From Candidatus Aenigmatarchaeota archaeon (GTDB lineage Archaea; Aenigmatarchaeota; Aenigmatarchaeia; CG10238-14; SCSR01): a stretch of DNA of 64,000 nucleotides. The DNA lies in the NCBI GenBank assembly GCA_016187415.1, contig JACPJT010000007.1:1289-65288 (forward strand), read 5' to 3'. The notes below the pieces were generated by a model, which was not told where the DNA came from, searched no databases, and worked only from the letters and a program-made list of their open reading frames with translations. Position 1 is the first letter of the stretch; the number at the start of each line of letters is the position of its first letter. This document shows positions 26,653 to 36,132 of the stretch, in pieces. The position numbers were made by a program, and so were the translations under genes.

Positions 26653-27481
26653 TTTTTCTGATTATGCTTCCTGAAAATATCAATTTCACAAACTGGTACA
26701 TGACATAAATTTCTAAAGCAAATGGACCGTAAGCTAGAAATCCTAAAACGGGTATTTCGAATATTTTTATGTTTTCTAGTATCGGAATTGTATAATACCA
26801 TTTGGAGTACGCCCAATAATTCCAAAACTCCCATAAAAATCCGCAGATATAACCTGCTACGAGTAGAGATAAGATAATGCTGAATTTTCTATTTTCCAAC
26901 TGATACAATAGAGATTTCTCATTGTGAAAAGTGTAAAGTATTGGATCTAATAACAAGATGAAACCTGTCCAGACAAAAGCCCATATCCATGGTGTTGTAA
27001 TAACAAATGGTAATAAAATGAATATCATTCCCAAAGCGAACATCAGATAACCAATATGGCTGTTGAGTGGCATTTTTAGTTTGGATTTGATGTTCGAAAA
27101 TAAATGGAGGCACCCTACTAAATCTGATGTCTCCAAGACAGCCGGTATGATAGTTCCGAACGTCAATACTCTTCTGATGAAAGTTATTATATCTGCATCC
27201 GGTATGCTGTAAAACCAGCCGTGAAAATTGGAGAATTTATTAATTATCTCGAATATGAGCCAAAAATTAATTGAAGTCAGGTACATCAAGAGAAACTTTG
27301 AGCGTTTGTTCATTAGATAAGAATTATTTTTTAACATGTAGATGAGACAATCGACTAATAGGATGTATCCTGTCCAAACTATTAACATAAAAAACGTGGC
27401 AAAAGGTTGAATCCTAAAAATATTTGCTACCTCGCCGAATAGAATCAAAAAAATACCAAGTGTGCCATACCATTTGAACAT
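26645..27481 (-). CDS. hypothetical polytopic membrane protein (278 aa)
   Basis: About 8 hydrophobic helices, rich in W/Y/F. Confidence 0.5.
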   Translation of the reverse strand: MFKWYGTLGIFLILFGEVANIFRIQPFATFFMLIVWTGYILLVDCLIYMLKNNSYLMNKRSKFLLMYLTSINFWLIFEIINKFSNFHGWFYSIPDADIITFIRRVLTFGTIIPAVLETSDLVGCLHLFSNIKSKLKMPLNSHIGYLMFALGMIFILLPFVITTPWIWAFVWTGFILLLDPILYTFHNEKSLLYQLENRKFSIILSLLVAGYICGFLWEFWNYWAYSKWYYTIPILENIKIFEIPVLGFLAYGPFALEIYVMYQFVKLIFSGSIIRKII

Positions 27482-27496
27482 AATAATAAATTGCGG

Positions 27497-29713
27497 TTAA
27501 TGCTTAATAGTTTTCAACGTAGATTGTGACTCGCTTGCATTTTTAACGTCTTCACCCAGCTGTTTTTTAATTTCATACGCTGCTTTAATTCCAATAATCC
27601 CTATTAGCATTTCAGTCGGTGTGCTTCTTAATTTATCGAGTGTATCAAACCCAGCATTAAATAACCTTCGTGACCTTACTCTGCCTATCCCCTTCAACTT
27701 TACTAGCGGTACTAATTCCTCTTTGATGCCGTACTTCAATCTTATACGCAACTTTTTTAGAGGATTCAACAGTCCCTTTTCTCCGTTTAAAACCGCCAAT
27801 TCGTATAAGCCATATACTAGCCAATCGAGTATCCTAAGTTTACTATATAATTCACCAGGCGCGATTTTGAATTTTGTTAGCAGTTGGTCTTCTGAAGACT
27901 CGCTTATCCACCCATCGAACATCAGTGCTGTTTTGACTGATTTAAGAAATTCGTCATATTCGAGATCATACTCTTCTGGTATTTCTGCCAATAGTTGGTT
28001 ACCATGTCTTATAATTAGTTCTTCCGTATCGGAAATCTCATCTGACCTTACTGATACAAGCGGTCTTATTTCTAGTGAGTTTGAAGCAAGTTGCAGAAAA
28101 CTGAACTCTGTCAAATGTCTTTCTTTACATAATTTCAATCCTTCGAGAAAATAATGCGCAGTTAGTGGGTCGATATACAAATCTGAGATTCTTTTTCCGA
28201 TGGGTGTGGTTGTTATAACATTTTTTTGAATTCTAATCATAGACCATTCTTCAAGCTGCTTCAATATGTCATATAATTTTTCTTTTAGGATATCTATGTC
28301 ATTGTAATGAAACGCGTAAAATGTTCTGTTGAAAAACCCGATAATCGATTCCCTAGAATTACAGAACCCGCTCGAAATCAAAGCTAGTATATGCGCCCTA
28401 AGAATCGGCTCTAGCGCGAGTTTGGATGTTATATCCTCTGGCTGACCAAGAATAAAATGTTGTATCATAGACCTGGCGTCGCCTTCTGATTTTGCCAATA
28501 ATATCGATTCACCGAAAGTATCGTAAGTTGGTCTTCCAGCTCTGCCAACAAACTGCTTGTAATCCATTACAGGTATGTAAGTTGAACCGATTCCATCGTA
28601 ATATCGTTTCGCATCCCGTATAATAACTCTGAACGCTGGCAGATTAACTCCCATTGCCAATGTTGGCGTGGCGACAATTGCTTTTATCAAGCCATTTCTG
28701 AAATTGCTTTCAATCAGTCTTTTTTGTTCGCCTAATAAACCGGCGTGATGAAAGGCTGTGCCGAACTTTACACATTGTGCTAGTTTTCTGCACTGTTGTG
28801 TGGGTATTTCAATAACGCTCTCGATATCTTTGCTCAATTTGGTTAATTTCAACCGCGTATCACTATCCAATTTCTGGCTGGTTGTTTTACATAATTTTTC
28901 CGCAAGACTTTCAGCATTTCTCCTGGTGGAAGTGAAAACTAGCGCTTGTTTTTTTAGGTTCAACGTATTGTCGATGATTGAATTTTCTATTTCTAAAGTG
29001 TCGTTCAGTTCGTATCCTTCTCTGTCTTCAAAGTGTATTTTAGAATCGAATGCCACACCTTCATACAATTTTACAGGCCTGAAGTCGCTCGTGATTGGTG
29101 TTGCATTTAACCATTTTGATAATTCCTCGGCGTTGTTGATGGTGGCCGACAGCCCTAGAATCTGGGCGCTTGGAATAATAGACATCAACTTCGTTAACAT
29201 GATTTCCAATGTTGGACCACGCGAAGAATCGTTCATTGTGTGAATTTCATCAACTATTATAAGATCTACGTTTTGCACCCATCCAACATTATGCCTTAAC
29301 AGACTATCGAATTTTTCTGTAGTTAAACATACAACATCGTAATCCGCTAGCCACGAATCAGCAGAATCGAAATCACCGACACTTATTGCAACTTTAAAAT
29401 CACCGTCGAGAAATTTCTTGAAGTACTCATATTTTTCATTCGCCAGTGCTACCAACGGCGCAATATACACTACCTTAACACCCCTCTTATCTAAGAGTTT
29501 ATGCAGCATGCAAATTGCCGCGATTAATGTTTTCCCACTGGCTGTTGGCAAGGTCCCACTGGCTGTTGGCAAGGACAACACAAGATTCCTTTTGAATAGC
29601 CCTTCCTTAATCACATCTGCCTGAGGTTTGTATAACTCTTTTATGTTATCCTTTTCCAGCCTTTGGACGTATTTCTCAGGTATTCCATAACCGACTAACT
29701 CTCCGACTTTCAT
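27497..29713 (-). CDS. hel308: Hel308/Hjm (Ski2-like) DNA helicase with an in-frame 7-aa tandem duplication at the Walker A motif
   Basis: 738 aa. Walker A LPTASGKT duplicated as LPTASGTLPTASGKT, DEIH box (IIVDEIHTM), SAT motif (LSATI), motif VI (QFVGRAGR), winged-helix, ratchet and C-terminal HhH domain (LKGIGRVRSRRL). Confidence 0.9.
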   Translation of the reverse strand: MKVGELVGYGIPEKYVQRLEKDNIKELYKPQADVIKEGLFKRNLVLSLPTASGTLPTASGKTLIAAICMLHKLLDKRGVKVVYIAPLVALANEKYEYFKKFLDGDFKVAISVGDFDSADSWLADYDVVCLTTEKFDSLLRHNVGWVQNVDLIIVDEIHTMNDSSRGPTLEIMLTKLMSIIPSAQILGLSATINNAEELSKWLNATPITSDFRPVKLYEGVAFDSKIHFEDREGYELNDTLEIENSIIDNTLNLKKQALVFTSTRRNAESLAEKLCKTTSQKLDSDTRLKLTKLSKDIESVIEIPTQQCRKLAQCVKFGTAFHHAGLLGEQKRLIESNFRNGLIKAIVATPTLAMGVNLPAFRVIIRDAKRYYDGIGSTYIPVMDYKQFVGRAGRPTYDTFGESILLAKSEGDARSMIQHFILGQPEDITSKLALEPILRAHILALISSGFCNSRESIIGFFNRTFYAFHYNDIDILKEKLYDILKQLEEWSMIRIQKNVITTTPIGKRISDLYIDPLTAHYFLEGLKLCKERHLTEFSFLQLASNSLEIRPLVSVRSDEISDTEELIIRHGNQLLAEIPEEYDLEYDEFLKSVKTALMFDGWISESSEDQLLTKFKIAPGELYSKLRILDWLVYGLYELAVLNGEKGLLNPLKKLRIRLKYGIKEELVPLVKLKGIGRVRSRRLFNAGFDTLDKLRSTPTEMLIGIIGIKAAYEIKKQLGEDVKNASESQSTLKTIKH

Positions 29714-29761
29714 GTATAGAATGTCTATTTATAATATTTCTGTTTTATTCATAGTGATAGT

Positions 29762-30745
29762 ATGATAGTTTTAGGTATAGAATCGACCGCACATACATTC
29801 GGAGTTGGTATAATAAATGGAAAGGGCGATGTGCTATCTTCGAATAGAGACATGTACAAACCTAAATTGGGCGAAGGTTTCACACCATTTGATCTCGCTG
29901 AACACCATTATAATGGTTGCCTTAAGACACTAAAATCTGCTCTAAGCGGTTCGGAATTAAAGTTGCGTGATATTGATGTGATAGCCTTTTCGCAGGGTAT
30001 GGGCATCCCAAACTCATTGAAGGTTGGCGCTGTACTGGCACGATACCTAGCATTAAAATTCAATAAGCCACTTGTCGGCGTTAATCATGGGATAGCACAT
30101 ATAGAAATTGGGAAGTTTAAAACATGCGCTAAGGATCCTGTTATCGTATATCTTTCTGGCGGAAACTCGCAAATATTGGCATATATCGATAGTAGATACA
30201 GAATTTTTGGGGAAACTTTGGATATACCGATAGGTAATGCGTTTGATGTATTGGCTAGAGAAATGGATTTGCAAATGCCTGGCGGACCAGAGATAGAGAA
30301 ATCTGCAAATGGGGGGAAGTTTGTCGAATTGCCGTATGTTGTAAAAGGCATGGATATGTCGTTTACAGGTATAATGACTGCTGCCATGGAGAAATTTAGA
30401 GACGGGGTTGATAAAAAAACCGTATCTTACTCTATGCAAGAGACTTGTTTTTCGATGTTAGTTGAAGTCACAGAACGTGCACTGGCGCACACAAACAAAA
30501 AGGAGGTTTTGCTTGTTGGTGGTGTGGCGGCCAATAAAAGGTTGCAAGAAATGATGAGCATAATGTGTAGAGATAGAAAAGCCGAATTCTATGTGGTTCC
30601 TATGGAATTTTCTGGTGATAATCCTGTAATGATAGCATATACCGGATTTCTGGCATTTACCAGTGGTCAAAAACTGAAAATTTCTGATAGCTCTGTTAGA
30701 CAGAATTGGCGTACAGACGAGGTCGAAATAAGCTGGATTATATAA
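29762..30745 (+). CDS. kae1: tRNA N6-adenosine threonylcarbamoyltransferase Kae1 (stand-alone, not Bud32-fused)
   Basis: 327 aa, Kae1/TsaD N-terminus MIVLGIESTAHTFGVGII and ASKHA fold motifs. Confidence 0.9.
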   Translation: MIVLGIESTAHTFGVGIINGKGDVLSSNRDMYKPKLGEGFTPFDLAEHHYNGCLKTLKSALSGSELKLRDIDVIAFSQGMGIPNSLKVGAVLARYLALKFNKPLVGVNHGIAHIEIGKFKTCAKDPVIVYLSGGNSQILAYIDSRYRIFGETLDIPIGNAFDVLAREMDLQMPGGPEIEKSANGGKFVELPYVVKGMDMSFTGIMTAAMEKFRDGVDKKTVSYSMQETCFSMLVEVTERALAHTNKKEVLLVGGVAANKRLQEMMSIMCRDRKAEFYVVPMEFSGDNPVMIAYTGFLAFTSGQKLKISDSSVRQNWRTDEVEISWII

Positions 30746-31001
30746 GTTCGTTTTCGCTCACTATAACGAAATCGCCTATCGATTTGACAGAACTAAACGG
30801 CACTAACATCCTACCCTTATCATCGGCTTTTACGTTCAATTCGGTAAGGTGTTTTGTCGGTTGATCGACTATAAGGTTCATAAGTTCTCCACTCTCTGTA
30901 ACAAACTCTATGTTAGTTACAATACCAAATTTTCGGCCGGTCTCTTCACTGATTATAGCTTTACCTACAACATCACCTGCGCGAACCTTTGCCTCTACCA
31001 T
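30738..31001 (-). CDS. PRC-barrel domain protein
   Basis: 87 aa, PRC-barrel-like pattern (GKAIISEETGRKFGIVTNIEF..). Confidence 0.5.
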   Translation of the reverse strand: MVEAKVRAGDVVGKAIISEETGRKFGIVTNIEFVTESGELMNLIVDQPTKHLTELNVKADDKGRMLVPFSSVKSIGDFVIVSENELI

Positions 31002-31044
31002 AAAACCAACTGAGTATAATTAGGTTATTAATTTAATAAAGATT

Positions 31045-31587
31045 ATGGTAAGGTGTTTTGTCGGTGTTTTTCTTCCCGATGAAATCGTGAAGAAGATCGT
31101 AGAATTTCAGAAACGGTTGGTTTCATTGCCGATAAAAGCGAAATTTGTTGAAACAGAGAATCTTCATATAAGCCTGTCTTTTCTTGGTGAACTAGATGAA
31201 AATCAAATAGAAAACATCAAACTCAAATTAGATGAAATTTCAAAACGGTTTCAAAAATTTGAAGTTATTTTACAGGGTATAGTTTTAATACCAAATGAAA
31301 AGTTTGTACGCGTAATCGGATTGGAAATAACAGATAAAAAACTCGAATATTTAAGAGGAATTATCCACCAGAGTATTGATGGTAAGACAAATCCTTCTCA
31401 TATAACACTTTGCAGAGTGAACTCAGTCTTCAATGAGAAGAAATTTATAAAAGAAATCCACGCTATGGAATTTGGCCCATTCATAATGAATGTCGATGGA
31501 ATATATCTTATAAAGAGTGTTCTGGATAAAAGGGGTCCAACATATTCTGTTTTATATAAAACGTGTCTTAATGGACAAAAGAGTTAA
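31045..31587 (+). CDS. ligT: RNA 2',3'-cyclic phosphodiesterase / 2'-5' RNA ligase LigT (2H phosphoesterase)
   Basis: 180 aa, two H-x-T/S-x motifs (HISLSF and HITLCR). Confidence 0.8.
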   Translation: MVRCFVGVFLPDEIVKKIVEFQKRLVSLPIKAKFVETENLHISLSFLGELDENQIENIKLKLDEISKRFQKFEVILQGIVLIPNEKFVRVIGLEITDKKLEYLRGIIHQSIDGKTNPSHITLCRVNSVFNEKKFIKEIHAMEFGPFIMNVDGIYLIKSVLDKRGPTYSVLYKTCLNGQKS

Positions 31588-32372
31588 AGTAATTCTATTA
31601 TATCGCGCTCAGTGATGATGCCTTTTAGGCGACTTCCTTCGTCGATGACAGGAATTCCTCCGATCTTGTTGTCATTCATTAATTTTATAGCGTTTGAAAC
31701 ATCATCGTGTTCGTTTATATACATAATTGGTGATGTCATTATACTTTCTACATTCTCGTCCAGAAGTGATGTATTATAATTAACTTCATTGAGATATCGC
31801 AGAACATCATGACCAGTAACTATACCTATCACCATTCTATCATTAACGATAGGTAATCTTCTATAATGTGTGTTCACCATTGTCTTTATACAATTCTTTA
31901 TCGATGTGTTGGGTGTTATGTAAAACGGTTTGTGAGACATGACCTCAACTACCGGTATACCGAAATATTTACTTGTTAATAGTTTAACAAAGTCGTGCTC
32001 GGTAACCATACCGAGGAGTTTTTTATTTTTTACGACTGGCAGACAGTCTCGTCTCGAAATTTTTATTTTTTGCAATGCCTGACCTATGCTGTCTGTATCT
32101 TCTGTTAACACCATGTCACGCGTCATAAAATCTGATATACGTATATTTCTGGATACTCCTCTGAGTAATGCATTTAGTATGTCCATGTAGCTTATTATTC
32201 CGACTATTTCTTGTGATTTTGATACTATAGGTATAGTCCTATGTTCAGAAGATATTATGGTTTTCACCACAGATGTTAAACTGTCAAACTCAAACGAATA
32301 AGATGGCGTCAAATTGGCTAGATGTTTAATATTATCGGATTTATTGATACCAATATCCTCTAATCTGATCAT
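31584..32372 (-). CDS. CBS-domain protein (four CBS repeats)
   Basis: 262 aa, repeated CBS pattern (GIPVxD.....GIITxxDI). Confidence 0.8.
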   Translation of the reverse strand: MIRLEDIGINKSDNIKHLANLTPSYSFEFDSLTSVVKTIISSEHRTIPIVSKSQEIVGIISYMDILNALLRGVSRNIRISDFMTRDMVLTEDTDSIGQALQKIKISRRDCLPVVKNKKLLGMVTEHDFVKLLTSKYFGIPVVEVMSHKPFYITPNTSIKNCIKTMVNTHYRRLPIVNDRMVIGIVTGHDVLRYLNEVNYNTSLLDENVESIMTSPIMYINEHDDVSNAIKLMNDNKIGGIPVIDEGSRLKGIITERDIIELL

Positions 32373-32911
32373 GATTCTCTTTCTTCTCTACAACTCTCAC
32401 ACAACCATTCATTGCCAGCATTCTCCAAGTCCTCTGAATAGTTATCACAAGAATCGCAGATACCAAGTGCAATTTTCTCTTTGATTTCAAGCGGCTTTTC
32501 CTTCATTTTTAATCTATATTCAAGCAAATCCAGCATCTCTGGTGATGTTCGTGCTATATCGGTTAAAGATATAACACCAACAACTTTTCCATTTGATACA
32601 ACAGGTAATCTGTGTATATTATTTTCTTTCATTTTCCTAGATGCGGCAAGAATATCGTCTTCAGGATCTATTGCTACAACAGGTTCCTTCATCATTTTTT
32701 CAATCTTAATTCCGCTTGCCTTGAAATTTTTAGAAACAATTTGCTCGATTAAATCGCTTTCAGAAATTACACCAACCGGGTTGTTTTTTTCAACAACTAC
32801 AAGAAATCCTTTCCTATGCTTTCGCATCAATTTTCCAGCGTCTTGAGATGTCTTCTTTGAATCTATCGTCAGTACTGGAGATGACATTACATCTTTAACT
32901 AGTATAACCAC
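32369..32911 (-). CDS. CBS-pair protein with C-terminal CxxC..CxxC zinc ribbon
   Basis: 180 aa, two CBS motifs plus CDSCDNY...CESCREE. Confidence 0.75.
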   Translation of the reverse strand: MVILVKDVMSSPVLTIDSKKTSQDAGKLMRKHRKGFLVVVEKNNPVGVISESDLIEQIVSKNFKASGIKIEKMMKEPVVAIDPEDDILAASRKMKENNIHRLPVVSNGKVVGVISLTDIARTSPEMLDLLEYRLKMKEKPLEIKEKIALGICDSCDNYSEDLENAGNEWLCESCREERES

Positions 32912-32941
32912 ACTACCACAATTAAGATTGGTTATTTTATA

Positions 32942-33268
32942 TTAATAAGATTCTATGAATTTTTCCAACGGCTCACCATCTGAGGTGGTAACCTTCCCTT
33001 TTGGGGGGAGTATTCGAATTTTACTGTATCCGAAGTCGACAATTAGGAAGAATGGAAAGCCTTCGAATTCTGGAAGGTTATAGCCATAATAATAAAATGC
33101 TTTTTTGTTTGTTGATTTGACCTGCAAGAGAATGCATTTTTGATTTTTTAAACAAACCAAATCTGCCTCTCCAAGACTTGCACCTGCCCGTATGACAGTC
33201 CAACCGAACTTTTGGAAAAAAAGTCTGATTTTTCTCTCTATTCTATATCCTTTTCTCTTTGTATGCAT
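32942..33268 (-). CDS. hjc: Holliday junction resolvase Hjc-like PD-(D/E)xK nuclease
   Basis: 108 aa, RKGYRIERKI...GWTVIRAGAS..GEADLVCL...ILLQVKST matches the Hjc E..D..EXK arrangement. Confidence 0.65.
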   Translation of the reverse strand: MHTKRKGYRIERKIRLFFQKFGWTVIRAGASLGEADLVCLKNQKCILLQVKSTNKKAFYYYGYNLPEFEGFPFFLIVDFGYSKIRILPPKGKVTTSDGEPLEKFIESY

Positions 33269-33300
33269 TATTTATTATTTGTATATAGGATAAAATTGAT

Positions 33301-33981
33301 ATGGTAAACATAGCTATCGTCAGTTGCATACATGGTGATATGGAAAACTTAATGAAGTTTGTTGATAAAATATCTCTTCTAAATATAGATTTCGTAATCT
33401 GTCCTGGAGATTTCACAGATTTCGCTATACCAAAGGGATTTACTAGACGCGATATAGGAAAACTGATCATAGAGGAGTTAAAGGGATTGGGAAAACCGTT
33501 GATGGCTGTACCTGGTAGTTGGGATAAAGAAATTATAGACCTTCTAAAGAAGGAGAAGGTGAGTGTCCACGGAGAGGGAAAGGTGATTGGTGGTATTGGT
33601 TTCTATGGGTATGGCGGGGCCAAAACTCCCTTTAACACACCATTCGAGCCGAGTGAGGGTGAAATAGAATTGGGGCTGGAAAAGTCATATAATGAAATTA
33701 AGAGTGCCGGTGTAAAAATTCAGGTCACACATGCACCGCCAAATAGAACAAAAATGGATATGATAGCAAGTGGTGCTCATGTTGGTTCTGATGCTGTGAG
33801 AGAATTTATAGAAAAAAAACAGCCTAATGTGGCAATTTGCGCACATATACACGAAAGTAGAGGTGTCGACGAGCTTGGAAAAACTAAACTTATTAATTCG
33901 GGGAGATTCCCTGAAGGGTATGTTGGGATAATCGAGATTAACGATTCAGAGATGACAACAAAAGTAATCAATCTGATATGA
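33301..33981 (+). CDS. metallophosphoesterase (MJ0936/YfcE-like calcineurin-fold phosphodiesterase)
   Basis: 226 aa, motifs D-x-H (CIHGD), GDFTD, THAPP, AHIHESRG. Confidence 0.75.
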   Translation: MVNIAIVSCIHGDMENLMKFVDKISLLNIDFVICPGDFTDFAIPKGFTRRDIGKLIIEELKGLGKPLMAVPGSWDKEIIDLLKKEKVSVHGEGKVIGGIGFYGYGGAKTPFNTPFEPSEGEIELGLEKSYNEIKSAGVKIQVTHAPPNRTKMDMIASGAHVGSDAVREFIEKKQPNVAICAHIHESRGVDELGKTKLINSGRFPEGYVGIIEINDSEMTTKVINLI

Positions 33982-34051
33982 TGTATGTAGAATATAAAAC
34001 GACTTTAAAGGGGGCGTGTTAATGTTATATCCGCAAACTGTGGGGTAAAAA

Positions 34052-34444
34052 ATGACGGAGACTGTTTTAACTCAATTAAACGAGATACAACCTAGAGATA
34101 ATATAAATATTGATTTCGAACACGCCATTGCACTTGCGGAACGTTTAGACTTCTTGGATGTCCAACTTTTGAGAAAGTTTTACATGAGCGGGAAGGAGCA
34201 ACCGTTTGATTTGCAACCGTATTGTTTTCCGATGCTCTATGGTGAGATGAAAATAACACATAAAATCAAGATAGGAAGAGAAGCTCTAAGGAAGCGCTTA
34301 GATAATCTTGTCTTAAACGGGTTGTTAGAGAAGGTTAAAAGATCCAGTCCAGCGAACTATTCTCCTTATACTGAGAAAGTAAGTTTCATACGTGCAATTA
34401 TCACAAAGTTTTTTGTTATTAATGGGCTAACTAAATTTTTATGA
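34052..34444 (+). CDS. hypothetical protein with probable winged-helix (130 aa)
   Basis: C-terminal REALRKRLDNLVLNGLLEKVKRSSPANYSPY looks wHTH-like. Confidence 0.4.
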   Translation: MTETVLTQLNEIQPRDNINIDFEHAIALAERLDFLDVQLLRKFYMSGKEQPFDLQPYCFPMLYGEMKITHKIKIGREALRKRLDNLVLNGLLEKVKRSSPANYSPYTEKVSFIRAIITKFFVINGLTKFL

Positions 34445-34760
34445 GATTTCCTAACCTTTTTTACGAGCATTCTGTCTTATTTTTCTGATATTCCCAACGG
34501 ATATTTCTGCGCTTTCCTCGACAAACCAATAAAACTTCAGAATGTAGTAGATATAGTAGGTGGGTGCTTTACGGTTCTGTATCTGTAAACTAAAAACATA
34601 TCTATTATATATATTATAACTATGTTATTATGTATAATAATATTTATTTTCTTATGTACAGACGACAAGGACATACATCGACTATTACAACTTCGAACTG
34701 AAATCTAACAAATTCTTTTAGAATCTTTATAAAAATCATTTTACAAATAATAACGTTTAT
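34445..34760. other. 316-bp AT-rich non-coding region (alternating TATATA runs) between two wH genes, directly upstream of the DP1-like/PolB module
   Basis: Seen in sequence; largest AT-rich gap in the window. Confidence 0.5.
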
Positions 34761-35018
34761 ATGAAACGTGGAAGACCCAACATACGTCACATGGTCCAGA
34801 AGGAGATAATTACATTATTAACCAGTTTAAGCACACCAGTAACAACCTCATCGATCTTAAAGGAGATTTCAAAAACTGTGAACAGGCGTATAAGTTGGAA
34901 CACCATACAAAAATACATACAAGAATTGGTTGAAAGCGGTAAGATTCAAGTGATTCAACTGCCGCATTCGAAGATAGATAACAAACCAGGTCTCATAGTA
35001 TATACCTTAAAAAAGTAG
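34761..35018 (+). CDS. small winged-helix DNA-binding protein (85 aa)
   Basis: HTH (TSSILKEISKTVNRRISWNTIQKYIQELVESGKI) plus wing (PGLIVYTL). Abuts the DP1-like ORF with a 1-nt gap. Confidence 0.55.
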   Translation: MKRGRPNIRHMVQKEIITLLTSLSTPVTTSSILKEISKTVNRRISWNTIQKYIQELVESGKIQVIQLPHSKIDNKPGLIVYTLKK

Positions 35019-35019
35019 A

Positions 35020-36129
35020 ATGATTCTACCATATATGAATAAAACAGAGATATTAAATTATTTCCTAAGAAAGGGTGCACAGATAAATAAAGAGGCGTTG
35101 GAGGAACTTGAAAATAACCAATATCTCCAAGAGGTAATATTAAAATCAACAGAAATGAGATTACCTCCAGTAATCACAGACGATTTCCTAAAACAATATA
35201 AAAATACGTCGTCCGTAAAAGAAAAGATACCAGTTAAAAATTTATCTCAGATACTAGATTATAGATACAATTTCATAAAAAACATTCTGATAAACAACCC
35301 ACAATTAACGAATTTAATTTCAATTAATAGAATTGGGGACAAAATTAAACAGTTCTCAGTTATCGGTGTAGTCACCGAACATAACAATAAGAAGTTAGTC
35401 ATAGAAGACACAACAGGAGAAAGTCTATTTGAGATAAGTGAAGAACTAGGAAAATATATCATAGAAGACGAGGTGATAGGACTTGCCTGTGAGCGGCAAC
35501 AACAAACCAACAATGTAACAAATATAGTATATCCAGATATACCGTTAAAGAGGGACGCTAGTAAAACTAAAACACCCAAATCATGTATCTTCATTTCGGA
35601 TATGCACATGGATTCGCCTGCATTCAACGAAAAATATTATAAAAATTTCATCTCCTGGCTTAAGGAGCAAAAAGACCTAGATGTTTTTATATTCGGTGAG
35701 GTGTCGACTAAAATAGAACAAATTGAAAGATTGCGGAATGATATATCCCAAACCTCAGTCACACTCGAAAAGCTTAACGTTAACGATTCAGTGAGAGTGA
35801 AAACCGAAAATATAGAAATAATGTTATCACGAGGGTGGTTTCTCGACCAATATATGAAATTATGGAAATCCGCACCCGATTTAACTCTAGTAAATTTGTT
35901 CCGAAAGCGAAACCTCAACCCGAAACTGACACCACAATATTATAACAATACATTTTTCCTCGATACAATACCAGATATAATATCACTGTCTGACATCGGA
36001 CAACCAGCTATAACAAACTACAAAGGTACTACAATATTGACCAACGGCAGCTTTTTGAAGGAACCTATATATTGGGTAATAAATTTACAAACACGCGAAA
36101 CATTTAAAATTGACTTTTCTATTACTTAA
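35020..36129 (+). CDS. DP1-like / eukaryotic-B-subunit-like DNA polymerase small subunit homolog with degenerate phosphodiesterase motifs
   Basis: 369 aa. OB-fold signature SVIGVVTEHNNKKLVIEDTTGESLFEI. Retained motif I CIFISDMHMDS...F..WL. Motif II degenerate (FIFGEVS instead of GDxxD). No GNHE or GHxH. Stop is 3 nt before the polB start. Confidence 0.6.
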   Translation: MILPYMNKTEILNYFLRKGAQINKEALEELENNQYLQEVILKSTEMRLPPVITDDFLKQYKNTSSVKEKIPVKNLSQILDYRYNFIKNILINNPQLTNLISINRIGDKIKQFSVIGVVTEHNNKKLVIEDTTGESLFEISEELGKYIIEDEVIGLACERQQQTNNVTNIVYPDIPLKRDASKTKTPKSCIFISDMHMDSPAFNEKYYKNFISWLKEQKDLDVFIFGEVSTKIEQIERLRNDISQTSVTLEKLNVNDSVRVKTENIEIMLSRGWFLDQYMKLWKSAPDLTLVNLFRKRNLNPKLTPQYYNNTFFLDTIPDIISLSDIGQPAITNYKGTTILTNGSFLKEPIYWVINLQTRETFKIDFSIT

Positions 36130-36132
36130 CGT

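Noticed and set aside
29534-29575. Tandem 21-bp direct repeat considered as a CRISPR or minisatellite
   Set aside because: Only two units with no spacers, and it lies in-frame inside the helicase P-loop coding sequence. Interpreted as an intragenic duplication, not a CRISPR array. No CRISPR-like repeat-spacer array was found anywhere in the window.
33301-33981. Metallophosphoesterase considered as Mre11 or as a second DP1-like subunit
   Set aside because: Too short (226 aa) and lacking the Mre11 capping domain. All phosphodiesterase motifs are intact and MJ0936/YfcE-like, and there is no OB-fold, so it is a generic small phosphodiesterase.
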